Origin: Lama glama | Taxonomy: Eukaryota | NCBI GenBank assembly: GCA_028534125.1 | Contig: CM052816.1 | Span: forward strand, 84,322,001-84,386,000 | Length of the DNA: 64,000 nucleotides | Direction: 5' to 3' | Made by a program: the position numbers and the translations under genes | Shown: piece by piece, positions 15,026 to 28,223 of the stretch | How the letters are laid out: every line of letters starts with the position of its first letter | How positions within the stretch are numbered: the stretch's first letter is position 1 | The notes under the pieces: model-generated | Databases searched by the model: none | Told to the model about the DNA's origin: nothing | The model's input: the letters and a program-made list of their open reading frames with translations, nothing else

Positions 15026-15477
15026 ATTTTTGCTATTATTGCCATAGAGTATTTTTATTTCTTATTTTAACAAAGACATAATTCGTAATGAAAAGCATTC
15101 TTGGTTGCAGCCTTGTTTTGAAAGAACAGAATTTAATGAATGTATATGTGTTATAAAGGATAGAGATGAACAATTTATTTGCCTAACACTTGCCTAACAC
15201 AATGGAAAGGCATAATATAAATATCATGCAGTTTCCTAGGGCTATTCAGAAGACCTGTACACCTAGAGTGACCTTCAAAAGGGGACATCATCACCAGATG
15301 CTGTCCCAGTGTAAATATACCATAGACTTTATGTCATAGTGGAAAGTTTGAGAATAGTCAGGGGTGGAAGAGAATTAAAAAAATACAAATATACATTTGA
15401 AGAATGGCCCAACAGAATTTTTGATCAAGTAGATTTAAGGGAAATAAATAAATACATACCTACATACAGAAATTATC

Positions 15478-15810
15478 CTAGATTTCTGGCTTTGGTAACT
15501 ATGAAGATTGGAGAAAACAGAAACATAACTTGTAGAAGTCGTCTAACTAGGCAATCTTTAAAAGTGTTATTTAGTATGTTACACCTAAGTGATTAGGAGT
15601 TATCAAATAGGCAGTGATAAATAGGCAGTATGATATACAAGTCCGAATTCATGAGGAGAATTTTTGCCTGTAAAAGATGTGAAGATGATGATTTATGGAC
15701 CATAGAATGTGCACCACAGATAGCATCATGATCCTATAAATGCAAAGAAGAATGTAGATTGTGAATAACAAGCTCTAAGGGATTTCAAAGGTTTAGTTCG
15801 TTGAGTGTCC
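15478..15810 (-). mobile_element. L2 LINE relic
   Basis: cctagatttctggctttggtaact, tcaaataggcagt..gatatacaagtc resemble antisense L2 (tccaggtttctggcttgagcaact; tcaagtaggcagttggatata). Confidence 0.55.
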
Positions 15811-18800
15811 ATTTAATTTAATGATAATGAGTTTCAGAATGTATACACAAATTAAAATTGCTTTAGTATGATTATTTCAGGGGAGAAAAATATGGGTGAT
15901 AAACTATATTAACTCAATTTACCTTTAATATTGTATAATATGGTAGCCTTAGTCTAGCAATTTTCCAATATTTTAACGAGGTATGTGAGCTATATTTGAC
16001 AATACTTTGTGACATTGGAGACATCCTGGCCACTGCAGGTCACATGTTGGTAAAGTCCTGGTGTGAGAAAACTGTGAACAATGCAGCCTAATGTGAACTG
16101 GTGGTTTTCCAGTGCCTTGAGTAAAGAAAATGGTGACAATTTTCAAACTTTGATAACTATCTTAGTGATACCGATTAGCATGGAGGTATCTGAGATGATT
16201 TTAGATAAATAAGCACACAATTTATTAGAAAATAATGTTACAAGTTATTCTAAACATTTGCAAATGATATTGTTTAGACAGTGTAAATCAAACTGGATGA
16301 GGGCAGTACTCAATTGGCTTAAATTGCATCCTGAATACTGAGATTCAAAAAAACACGAAGCTGTCAGCAAAAAGTTCCTGGACATTCTCATTGAACTGAT
16401 GATTGATTTTATACTAAGCAACACTGATAAGTGTCCATTGATAAGATATATCTATTCTACGTACAATTTTACTTTTCTCTGTATCCACTGTCATCCTATT
16501 TAATCAGTAAACATACTTACAGTGGTTTATTGTTTTTCCTTTTTTTTTTTGCTATTTTTAAAATTGAAAAAAGTGCCTAATTGTCCAGGTTCAACAAAAA
16601 AATCATTTTAAAAAGGGGCTGAATTTAGAAAATTAAATTAAGCCTCCCGAAGATTCTGTTGTAACTGGTAATTGTCTTCACTCTGAATAAAATGGAAAGA
16701 GGGTTCAGGAGAAAAAAAAAAAAAGAAGAAAACTTAGCATGAAATAAAATATAAATAAAATGAATGTAATGTTAAAATTTGTGAAACCGGAAGTAATACA
16801 GATAACCTTTACAAGGGGAGCAGAAACTTATCAGGGAAAATGAAACGACTAAATTAAACAATAATTCTCTCATTTACTTTGAGTTTTCTTTTTTATTTAG
16901 TGTGAAAGCCAGAAATAAAAATGATATGCTTTCCTTCTTAGCACTAAACATTTGCCAGGGATAATTTTATGTTACTTTCTTCTAAATTTAAAAAGGGTAA
17001 TAAACAATATGAGAACACATTCATAAATAAAATCATGGTTCTGATAATTGTAGGAATCATATCTATGGAAATCATTACCTATTAAAGTAAAAGGCAATTG
17101 AAATCTTGCCTCTACATGTCACTGCCCTCACACTCCCCAGCCTAGCACCATACATACAAGCTAAAGCCTTTACTTTGTTTTTCACTGTTATTTTTTTATT
17201 TTCTAAAATCTGCAGCAAATATATATGCATTTGAGTATTATGTTACTTTTTACTCTTACTCTTCTGTCTAAAGCATAACTTCCAAAGTTCACTTCATAAG
17301 CAATTTAGGAAACAGAACTAGCCCACAATGAGGTGACTGTCCAGTATGAAATATACCGGCCAATTAGGAGCTGTCTACCTGGTTTGGCCAATTATATGAA
17401 AAGTAAATTGTTTCTTTTATGAGTAAATAATTTCTGAGACATTACTGGACAGCAATTTGCATAGGCTTTTTAGCCTATGTTATATTTGATTTTTCTAGAC
17501 TCTTCAAAATAATCAGTGTTATATTCTTTGACATTTTCCTATTTTAATGCATTTATCATCCATCATTCATACTTTGAAGTCTAGTCATGCGTATATACAA
17601 AACTTATGTCACATTAAATTTACCATTCAGGAGGTCTTAGAATAATAATCACTCAAGTTAAAATTGTCTAAGATGACTAACTTTCAGCAACAACATACGC
17701 AAGAATTAATCACCCAGTTTCAGGCAAAATTCTTCCATTAATGGTTATCTCGCCACCTCATGGTGGAGTTTAAACATATTCCATATGTTTAAAATAACTT
17801 CTTTTTTCTTCTTTTCTTTTTTTTTTACTTTGAGCATAAATCTGTATAAAACTACCAATTTCAAATGTCTATCATTGTAGGTCAGACTTCTCTTATACAG
17901 AAAGAATTTTGTTTAACAATTTAAAGATAGTCCCCAAGTGAAAAATTCTCCTATGCCCCAAGTAATGTATTCTTATGTGGCATAAGACATTACTGTAGTA
18001 GTGTCTTCTTCAGGAAAAAAAGGAGCTATTCTCCAGGAAAAATGTTTGTTGTCGCCCCTATATTATGACAGTAAAATTAATTTCATGTAAAGGAAGCTCA
18101 TCATATTAATGACTTGCTAATTATGTTTCAATTACCATTTAAAAGGTTAACTCCTAATTAATTTGTTTTGAATTTTAAATCCATTAAAACATATAAGACC
18201 TCTATTAATATTGATCTTTAGTGCCATTTATATTTGTTTAAGAAATTAAAGTAACATACAAACATGTTAAAGAATATAAGGTAAGGGCATATTGTTCAAA
18301 CCTGTTTTTAATCAAGTATTTTTCAACTCCTATTATTTTCCCTTAATTGGACATAGCTATACTTTCTTTTCTTTAACCATGTGAAATGATGGAAAGCGAG
18401 AGTGAACCATTATGCCATTCTCTATGGGTAGTCCACTATACAATTCCAGACTCTATTTTCTATTAAAAATGTAGCCGACTAAATTTGATAGTAAATTTTC
18501 AATAGTAATATCACAGATTTAAACCTTTATCTTAGACTCTAATTTGAGGAATTTGCAATAAAACATATTAAGCCATTTATAGCAACAAAAAAAAAAGTTC
18601 ATAGGTTATGTATGTTTATCTGTTACTATGTATGTTGTTGAATTGTCTGAAAGCCCATCTAACCTGAAATCAGAAGACATCCAATTAATACTGGCTTAGA
18701 GATCATATACTACAACTTACTAACCAATATGTTGCTTTCCCTTATGACCACTGACATGTGACTGATCAGCTGCTGCTTACTGTTTGCTCCAGGACCTGGA

Positions 18801-20254
18801 TGGAGACTCTTCTATGGATGACAGGGCTAATGCAATTATTTGAAAATTCTAGTAATTACCAAAAATTTATATACAATTAAAACATTTCTTACTAATTTTT
18901 ATCCAATTGAAATTCTCTCCCTATGAGACTCAAGGAATAAATCTATTGTTTTTTTCCAATAAAAATTTTAAAATATTTAATGATAGCCATTTTGTTCCAT
19001 CAGAGAAAGACATCATTATGTCCAACCATATGGAGCTTTAAGATATTTAATATTGAGTTTCCATGGGGGAAACCATAAATACTGATCAGTGTTAAGATAA
19101 CTTATTGCTGTTTTTTAAATGAGAAACGTAAAAATTCCATATAAATATTTATTTGGAGTGAATACTGCTTGTCCCCTGGGTATTTTTAAATACACTTTTG
19201 TTACTTATAAGTTATTTTATCAAAAAAATCAAAATTTAGTAGAAAAATTAAAAAGAGAGATAAAGAGGAAGATAGAATGAAATCACTTAAATAAAGTAAA
19301 ATCAAGACCCTTGATTAATCTACCTTTGCTTCACTAAATTAAATCCATATTGACTCTTCTATGCATTTGGACTGATTTTACCAATATAAATAATGCGAAA
19401 GACAAGGAGAGAAATTCACTTAGTAGGAAACCTGATTGCATTGATACCAGAACAACGTGTATTTGGAACAAGGTGAAAAGGCTTTTCCCAGAAAAGCCTA
19501 GACTTCTATGCTGCCATGCTGATGACCAGATTAGGTGGGACAACAGGGAAGCACAAGATATGCTGTATCGCTCACGTGGACATGGCCAGTTGATGGAAGT
19601 AGCAGTGGGTTCTCAGTCACCACAGATCTCTCAAGCCCTTTCTCTCCTTCTTGTGAAGGTCTGGTTGATTTATTTCTCTACAACATATTTTTTGTCTTTC
19701 TTTTTTCCTACATAATACATTTCTCTTCTGAATCCTCCCTTATTCTTATATCTTATTCAAGATTTAGAAATTCAACAGTTAACGTTAATCATACAATTTC
19801 CCTAACATGTAGTTTTAAAGTAGTTTTAATAATAATTTATCGATTCACCTCATTAATTATACTTTCCAGACCTATTTTTTTAATTAACTGTAAAATCTGT
19901 TATTTTCCAAGGCAATTAAATAAATAAATCAATGTGCTTTATAAATTCAAAAGTGCTACATTAATTCATGGATGCCATAGCTCCAGTTCAGAGACATGAA
20001 AGGTATATAAGGAATAAAAATGTATTACTCCAGAGACACAGGGGTGTTTATTGTATAAATTTCTTAAATCAACTCTTTTATAGTCATTTCCCCTTGGGTC
20101 TATTGTGTGCTAAAAGCAAACTTACTTTAATGATGCTTTTCAATTATTTCTGTTCTAATGATTCAAGTGTTTCTTTAAAGTAGAGTTTTTTTTAAAAAAG
20201 AAGAGATCATATCGTAGTTTTATAATACAGTCTATGATGTGAAAATGCCATTTT

Positions 20255-20375
20255 TCTGAATTTCTACTCTGCCATTTACAAATTGTGTGGTCTCAGGCTA
20301 ATTATGTATTTAAACCTACTTATTCATTTCTAAGCAGTCTGGTGACTCCTCTAGATTGCTGTGAGGATTAAAGCA
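20255..20375 (+). mobile_element. MIR SINE relic
   Basis: tactctgccatttacaaattgtgtggtctcagg ... gattgctgtgaggattaaa match MIR motifs. Confidence 0.6.
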
Positions 20376-22894
20376 TCCAGGATGCAGCAGTTAGTCTCAA
20401 TCCACAGGCTGCTCCGAACTACTGTTTTCTATTGTCTCCTCTTTTCAAATAATCTTCATTCCAAAGAAACACTATTACGCCCCTAAGCCAAAATGAACAA
20501 AACTCACGCTCAAAATAGTTGTTATGTGGTAAAGTGAAATGAGTAAAAAGAAAATAATAGTGAGGCATTTGGAATGAGAATAAAGTCAGATAATGTTAGT
20601 CTTCAAAGCATAAAGACTTCACCACATAGAATTTACTGGGTAATTATCCATGGGTTACTTGATTCTTGGTTTCCATTAACCCCTTTTCTTCTTTTTTAAA
20701 ATTTAATTTAATGAACTTTTTCTTATAAATCTGTTATTGAAGACTTTATACAATGTCATACATAGAATACAGCACTGTGCTAATTAAGTATTTAATAAAT
20801 ATTACTTTTTATTAATGTCAATATTATCATCATTATAACTGTCAAAATTGTGCATTTTTCTAGAGTACAATTACATACTTTTTTAAAATAATCTTAAGCA
20901 GGCCCTTAAAGTTTTAGAAAGGATTATTAACCTCGAGATTTATATTTAAAATAATCTGTGGGGTGGAGAACTTAAACAATAACATAGCATACAAATTATG
21001 CATTTGACTATCAACAGCTTCTGTCTCTCTTAAAAATTACCACAATCTTCAAATCTGAGAATAGGAGTATCAATGTAACACTCTCTTGATCAAAATATTC
21101 TAGGATATGTACATACATTCCCTGAAAATCTTTAAGGATAGAAGACTTTTTTTTTTGCTTGTATATTCCAGTTATTTATTACAGTGACTATGCTCCATAG
21201 CCACACAAAAACACTGATTCACACAAAAGCTGAATCAATTAATGAGTTTGTATAGGTTTAAATCATTGGAGACAATTTAAAAATTGTTATTCTGTATTGT
21301 ATCAGGTGTGTCTGGCATGTTGTTCTATCACGTCTCAGAGAAAGAAAGGTTTCTCTCATCCTCCAAGAAGACCATTATCCCCTCGGTAATTTATTCATTT
21401 TAATGTCCTCACACATCTAATGTTTCCAAATACCCATACTTTAGCCTTCACTACCAACTACTTTTCCCTTTGGGACACTGCACTTATGCAAAATGCGGTA
21501 CTTTGTTTTGTTTTTGATTAGTTTCACTGAAATTCATGTTTTTTCAAAACACACAATAAAACTACCTTTATCAGATGTAAATAAATCATTTCTTATTGTA
21601 GATATTTAAAATTGGTAAATAGCGAGTCTCCAAAGTATAAACAGTAAGATATTTCAGATAGTAAGCAGACAGAGGTTAAAGAAGAGTGAGTACCTCAAAT
21701 TATGCAGAAAAGAAGGGAAAGACATTGTGGATGGATAGGAATGGAATTTGCGAGTAATTTTAGATAATGAGGTGACTCAAGACACCTAAAAAGTAGTTTC
21801 GGAAGATTTCTGTAGTCTCTCAAATTATTTTAAGTCTTCACAATGAAAGGAGGGATTTCAAATTGGCTGAAAAAGGACATGTATCTATTGAGAGACAGTT
21901 TGCTTCTGACAGAAATCTAAGTGTTACAGTTTTTGAAGTTTAGTGGAAATAAACATATTTTATCAATTTTCACTGTCTTTGACAAGTGCTTTCTAAAGCA
22001 GTTCAAAGACTGCTATTGTGTAAGGAGACTCTAAAAGTCAGTCCTCAACACAGACATGTGAGAACCCACTGTGGTCAGAGGAGCGTAGTCGTGGACAGGA
22101 ACAGGCATTGATCCTGGTAGTTAAATTCTGAGTTCCATTCAGTTAAAGTAGAATGCAGGAACCTTTTTTTTTTCCCTGTCCAGCAGCAGCTGTGTCAGAA
22201 TAGGAGCAGATGAGAGTCATAGATATAGATTAGGAACAGTGAGAGGAATTAGTGTGATCAAAAGCTTTTATTTCTATTATGCTTAGATGTATAAAATGCT
22301 CTGAAGCTCCTGCATCAAAGAAAAGCCAGGAGTCACAGAGAGCACAGTATGTTGAGGGCAGTTTCAGAATCATATTTATCTTACCTCTGGAAGATCACCA
22401 GGTCAGAGACAAGTTAACCACTGTGATAGGAGTAGATAAAAGACAGTAACTAGGCTGGCGTACTGTGTCCTTTGTTCCTTATTATTAACCTTTTTGCTGT
22501 TATCCAAGGTTAATCACACACAATACAGACAATTGGTGATCTAGGTCAGTAACAACTGTGTTTTACATTATTCACCTGTACATTTTAAGTTAAACTCTGT
22601 GTTTTGTTTTTGTTTTTCCAAAACCCAAAGATGAGAAGAGTTGAACTTCAATTTTATGAATTATTTTGTGGTTCAATGTAGCATATAATTAAAAGACAGT
22701 TAAGTAGTATTGAGAATATATATTATTACATTTTAGCCATGTAAGAATTGTTATAAATGCCTATGATGTTTTTAATTTGATTTCCTCTTCTATATTATTT
22801 GAAGCACAAATGCGTAAATCATTTACTTTGTTTGTATAAAATAGTATTCTATAAATCTATAGGTTTAAATCAATTTATTAATAATTATACTGTA

Positions 22895-23121
22895 TGTATT
22901 AGTTTGCTAGGGCTGCTGTGACAAAGAATCACACGCTGGGTGGCTTAAACACCTAAAAGTCAGAGACCAAGGTATCAGCAGGGCTGCTTACTTCTACAGG
23001 CTGTAAAGGAGAATGTGTGTCTTTCTTTTAGCTTCTAGTAGCAATTAATTCAGAAACATGTTTGACCAAATATCTGGGCAACATGGCCCAGACAAGGTGA
23101 CACATAAAATTAACTGTCACA
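22895..23121 (-). mobile_element. Internally deleted LTR: MLT1-type 3' end joined to an MLT2-like 5' end
   Basis: Left tgtattagtttgctagggctgctgtgacaaag...gggtggcttaaaca (antisense MLT1 3' end); right tgtttgaccaaatatctgggc...gacacataaaattaactgtcaca (antisense MLT2-type 5' end). Confidence 0.8.
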
Positions 23122-23869
23122 ATCACAGAATCATAGAGAGTGAACAGGATCACAGAGAGTGAGCCAGCAGGACCAGCATATGTAGTGGGAAGTAAGACTG
23201 AAGGGAGCTTTACTTTTCCTTTTTAAGACTGAGAAGATTAGCACTTTTCCTTCTGCCCATTTCTCTTTAAAATATAAATCATGATCTAGAGTAGCAAATA
23301 TCTGAGGGATTCTAAGAAAGCCCCTTAGAAAGAGGAGGGGGAAAATTCATACATCCCACTTAAGGAGCAAGAGATGATCACCGAATTGGTATATTGTCAC
23401 TGAGAACACAATCTCTCTCTCCCACTGCAATTCAGAGACTTTTTGCACTTTTCATAACTGTATTCTCAGAAGCTAGTACACCGTCTGGTATATGGAAGGT
23501 TTAAAAACAAAATAAAACAAACTAGAAAGCACTGTACTAACAATGAATGATAAAAGAATGTGATGAAAGACAGCAATAAGACTTACTAAGGGAATGCAAT
23601 ACAAAAAATTAGTATAAAATCAGCCTAATAATAACATGGGCATAGACCAATCAATGCATCAAAATAGAAATTCAATGCATACCTAATAATACATAAATAT
23701 TGAACAAATAATTCAACACAATGGAAAAATAGCTTACTCAAAACGGGTATTAAAATATTTTAAATACAATTAAATAGAACAATAGAAATTTCATTAAATT
23801 TGAGCCTTTAAATGTTCAAGACACCCAGCTATCAATTTTACAAACATTATCCATTTCTTTCTTTCAATG

Positions 23870-23992
23870 CATTAGTACTACTTGGTTTGTTAAGATAGAT
23901 TCCTGGGCCTGACTCCAGGATTCGGATTCATAGGTTTGGGGCAGGCTTAATAATTTGCATTTTTAACAAGGGGGCACATTTGAGAATTACTG
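23870..23992. mobile_element. MER5A-like hAT-Charlie DNA transposon fragment
   Basis: agattcctgggcc..., aatttgcatttttaacaag, terminal catttgagaattactg match MER5A. Confidence 0.7.
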
Positions 23993-26614
23993 GACTATAT
24001 AAATTATAATAAAATTGTCTTTTAAAAAGCTGCTGTAAGATAAATTTAAGATCCTACCTTGCTTCTCCCATAAAGTACGCTTAGTTTCAAGACATTAATA
24101 ACAATTCTAACATGTTTTATTTATCCTGTTTGATATTATCCAGGATTTTGAAAAATGTCATCACTTCAATGACTATACATATGAAGAAATGCACATATGC
24201 TTAATTTGACTCTACTAATGTTTAAAATTGATTACACAAATCTAGCATTGATTTTTAGCTTAATAATATTATCAAAAGATTTGTATCCCTTGATGATAAT
24301 GTAGTCCATGTGTGATACTATATTTTATTTATTATTCTTCGAGTTCATTCTTAAATGTGATATTATTCCTTCTAAGTATAGCTTCCTCTCCCTCAAAACC
24401 ATACTGAAGGATCAGAAGGATTATTAAAGTATAACTTTTGTTGAAACATCTTTTTTCCTTTGGATGTTGAATACGTATACCTAGCAGTACTAGTTACTTG
24501 ATTGATTAAAGAGATTTTTTTTTTCAAAAGGACAAAATTTTTAAATATAATTTACTATCCTATGCCATAATTTGAATGTCTTTGATGGTTAAAAAAAGGG
24601 TCTTTTTGGAGGCACTGAAATTTATACATAATCATTTTAATCCAGTATTTAAAAACTTGATTTATTTTATCATTCAAATAAAGTAGGACATTTTCTAGTA
24701 AATGTAAACTACAATATTGCCAAGAGAGAGGGGATTATAGCTATTTGAAATAACTTTCTGAATAAATGATTCTACGTTTTGCTTCTTTTCCTCCTTAAAA
24801 CTGTTAATTCATAAATAAATATACAACTATTTAGTGATAATTAGGTGCTTATCACTTCTACATTTTCTGTCAGAAAAATAATAGTAATATTGAGTATATA
24901 TCAGTTCAAACTATTTGACAACATTCTAGATGTTCAAGATTAACAAAATATCCTGTATTACGTTTGTTTTTGAATGAATGAAAGAGAAATGTAGCAATGG
25001 TGTTTATAATTTAAGATAAGCAATTTACATGTAATAGTTTAACCACATATCCACATGCAAACTTTCTGGACACAGACCTTGTGACTTGATTCAGTCAGCA
25101 CCTTCAGTTCATAAAATCATCCTATCAATAATGTTACATCCCTTTTTAACTATCTTTCACTTCATTTAGGCAAATATTGTTAAGGAATTATGCATTACTT
25201 GGAAATACCATTCTCAGATTTCTCAATAGTGCAAACGTGTTACTGAAATCTTTAAAATGGTTTAGAAGGGCTTTCATTTCTATGAGTTAGTAATATGAAT
25301 GCTTATGTATAAAATACTATCAAGACTATTTGTATTAACTTGATGTTATAAAAACTTTAATGAAATTTAAAGAGTTAGATGTTACAGAGTGCTCATATGA
25401 CAAAAGTCATTTGGATTCTGTTTTGCTTTCAGAAATCTCTGGCTTTTTGATTTTAGTTAATTTGAATTAAGCTTTCCATTATGACAGCACTTTACTTTGA
25501 AGTGGGATTCTTTAATGTCAAGAAGGAAAATCACCTCCCAGTTGGTTGACAATTTATTAAAGCAAGAGGTCTCAGAAGATTAGCGCACATAATGTTGTAA
25601 GACATAATGTCATAGGGCTTGTCATTACAAAACAAACAATTTAATAAGGATCAGAATGCTTTTTGAGCCTCTCATTCCAAAAATCAGAAAAAGCCTTCAA
25701 AAGGATAATATTCAGTATTAATATGAATTTTTTATACAATCCTCTGAGAAAAAAAATCATTTTTAAAAACTCTCAAATATGCTTGCATTAAAGCCTATTC
25801 AAGTAAATAAAAAGTGGCCATATTTAAAAAAAAGTGGAGAAACATCAATCATGTGATATATGTTATGTTTCTTTTCCACCCTAGAATTTTAATTGGCCCT
25901 CACCTGTTCCTACTGCCAGGATTACACTCAGAATTTTGTCATAGTTGATTACCAATCATCTCATATGTTTTTAGAATAAGTTAGATACAACGATTATCAT
26001 AATCTGGCTTGTTTTATGATACTCAAGTTGCAAGTTGAGGACTTAAGCTGAAATGTAATTTGAATTTGAATGTAGAAATGATTGAATTTCATAGGCAAGT
26101 GTAGGGCTATTATGTTGTGGCTGAGCCTTCACTGTTAGGTTTGGTAAACCAAACATTCCAATGAAAAGTTTCATCATAAAGGACAGATAGAAGGAGATGT
26201 TACCTGTGCCTTGTTAGAAAAAGGGATGTTAGGGGGAAAAACACAAAAGAGGCAAAGAGATACCTACTTGGTCTCTAGCGTTTGTTGCCACACTTTAATG
26301 TTGGTCAATAAATTGTACTTCAATTTTCATATGTAGAATTGAAATTTGTAAGCATTTATAGTTAGTCACACATCATATAAAACAAATGTATAAAGGATTT
26401 TATAATTTTGTTGCTTTTAAGTTATCAAATAAAATTAGTTTAACTTAAAAGTATATTTCTGAATTTCTTAACCAATTATAAGTAATTTCATTTTTTTTAC
26501 ATAATTTTATCCAAAAGGGAAGCAGTATTTACATGCAGGTATTTAGCTTTTCTCCAGAGATAATACAAGCATTTAATTCAATGATATGGAAAGGGCAAAT
26601 CTATACTAGTTTAG

Positions 26615-26815
26615 CAACTATTATGTGCCAAACTAAATGTTCTTTTATTAAAACAAATATGTCAGCACTATTATTTCCCAACATATATGGGAAAATATTA
26701 AAACATTAGAATGAAGTAAATTGCCTAACATTAGGTCACTGGCCAGTGCTAAAGTTTAAATTTATATCTTAGATTACTCGATTACAAAGTCCATTCATCC
26801 TCTATTTCCACGCTA
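26615..26815 (-). mobile_element. MIR SINE relic
   Basis: actattatgtgcca..., tattatttccca, gaagtaaattgcctaa resemble antisense MIR; very diverged. Confidence 0.4.
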
Positions 26816-27429
26816 ACTTTTAATCCAAGTTGTTGGGGATGGAGATGTTAAGTACATTCACATTTATGTTCACATTTATCAAAGTAATGAAATTCTCAGG
26901 TACTGTGGTTTATTAATCAAAGACAAGTGCCTCCTTAATTCAGAAAGTTTATTTATATCTGATAAAGTATTTGACCCCAGAAGCTATGTCTTGAGGGTAA
27001 TATACACATGAGCCTCTGATGATTAGCAAATAGATCATTGCTCCTTTCAGTAAGTATGCACCACTTTAACTTGTAAATCCAGACCTTAACAAAAAGTTGT
27101 GATTAATTCTATAATATTGATGATTTACTACTCCCCAAAACAACTGTGATTTCAATGCAAACTCTACCCCTTATTCTAGTGTATTTAGATTGCATCTATT
27201 CATTAATTGCTCATTTATTACTTCAAATGTACATTCATCTGGATGTAGTACTTTGAACTGCAACATCACAGACCAGCATATAACCAATCATATGTATTCA
27301 TTCAATCATGAACAAATGCAATAAAAATTCATTAGATTTCACTTACACATATTATTAATGTACACAAGAATACTACTTTAATTTTCACTATGGAATACAT
27401 GGGAAATAAACTTGTAAATTTAACTCCTA

Positions 27430-27585
27430 TACCCACTGACATAACTGGGAAATGTCACTCTCTCTAACAGTCATGATATATGGAATTTAATAAAATTCAC
27501 TTAGTAAAATAGTTAATATACCAAAAAAATGCAGTTGTCAAGATCTAATGAGATAAATATGTACAAAAGTACATTATAAATTTTC
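27430..27585 (+). mobile_element. MIR SINE relic
   Basis: gttgtcaagatctaatgagataaatatgtacaaaagtac matches the MIR core 3' part. Confidence 0.45.
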
Positions 27586-27740
27586 AGTTGCTGTAACTAA
27601 AACTAATTTCTATGTATATGAAAGTGTTCTGTGTAAAGTTTTAAAACTTTTTGTTTTACTCATTCCTAGAATTATAGTCAAAACACTAACTCAGCTAAAT
27701 GAAGAGCCACTGTAATTATGAAGTCAGAAGTCTGACTACC

Positions 27741-28223
27741 TGTGCTGGTTCACTGTAGGTGTCAAGTTGACCTGGGCCAAAGAGTGCCCACATATTCAGT
27801 CAGATATTATTCTCGGCATGTCTGTTAAGGGGTTTCTGATGACATTAATATTTGAATCAGTAAACGGAGCAGACTGCTCTCGCTAGTGTGGGTGGGCTTC
27901 ATCCAATCAGCTCAAGGGTTTAATAGATAAAAAAAAGCTGATCTCCCTCAAGTAAGGCAGTTCCTGTCTATCAACTTAAACTCAAAATCAGCTCTTTCCA
28001 GGTTTGCTGAAGCCTGCTGGCCTTCAGACTGAAATTATACCTTCAGATTTTCTGGTTCTCAAGTCTTCGGACTCAGAGTGAAATTGCACCATCAGCTCTC
28101 CAGCCTCTCCATCTTGCTGATTCACCCTGCAGAGCCTGGGACACGTCAGCCTCCACAAATGCGTGAGCCAATTCCTTAAATACAATCTGTTGGCTCTCTT
28201 TCTATGGAGAACTCACTGATACA
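27741..28223 (+). mobile_element. MLT2 (ERVL) solo LTR, near full length
   Basis: TG...CA termini (tgtgctggtt...ctgataca); internal gtgggtgggcttcatccaatcag, cttcggactcaga, cagcctccacaaatgcgtgagccaattcctta, tctatggagaac are MLT2B-type motifs. Confidence 0.9.

Noticed and set aside
15990..16440. Possible CR1/L3 reverse transcriptase relic
   Set aside because: Only a vague resemblance; I could not recover convincing RT motifs by eye. A Dfam search is needed.
19334..19927. Overlapping ORFs of 121, 130 and 69 aa, and a 9-bp-stem hairpin aggcttttc-cca-gaaaagcct (19479-19499) containing TTCCCAGAA
   Set aside because: No recognisable protein similarity or clear exon boundaries; a single short hairpin or STAT-like motif is expected by chance in 64 kb.
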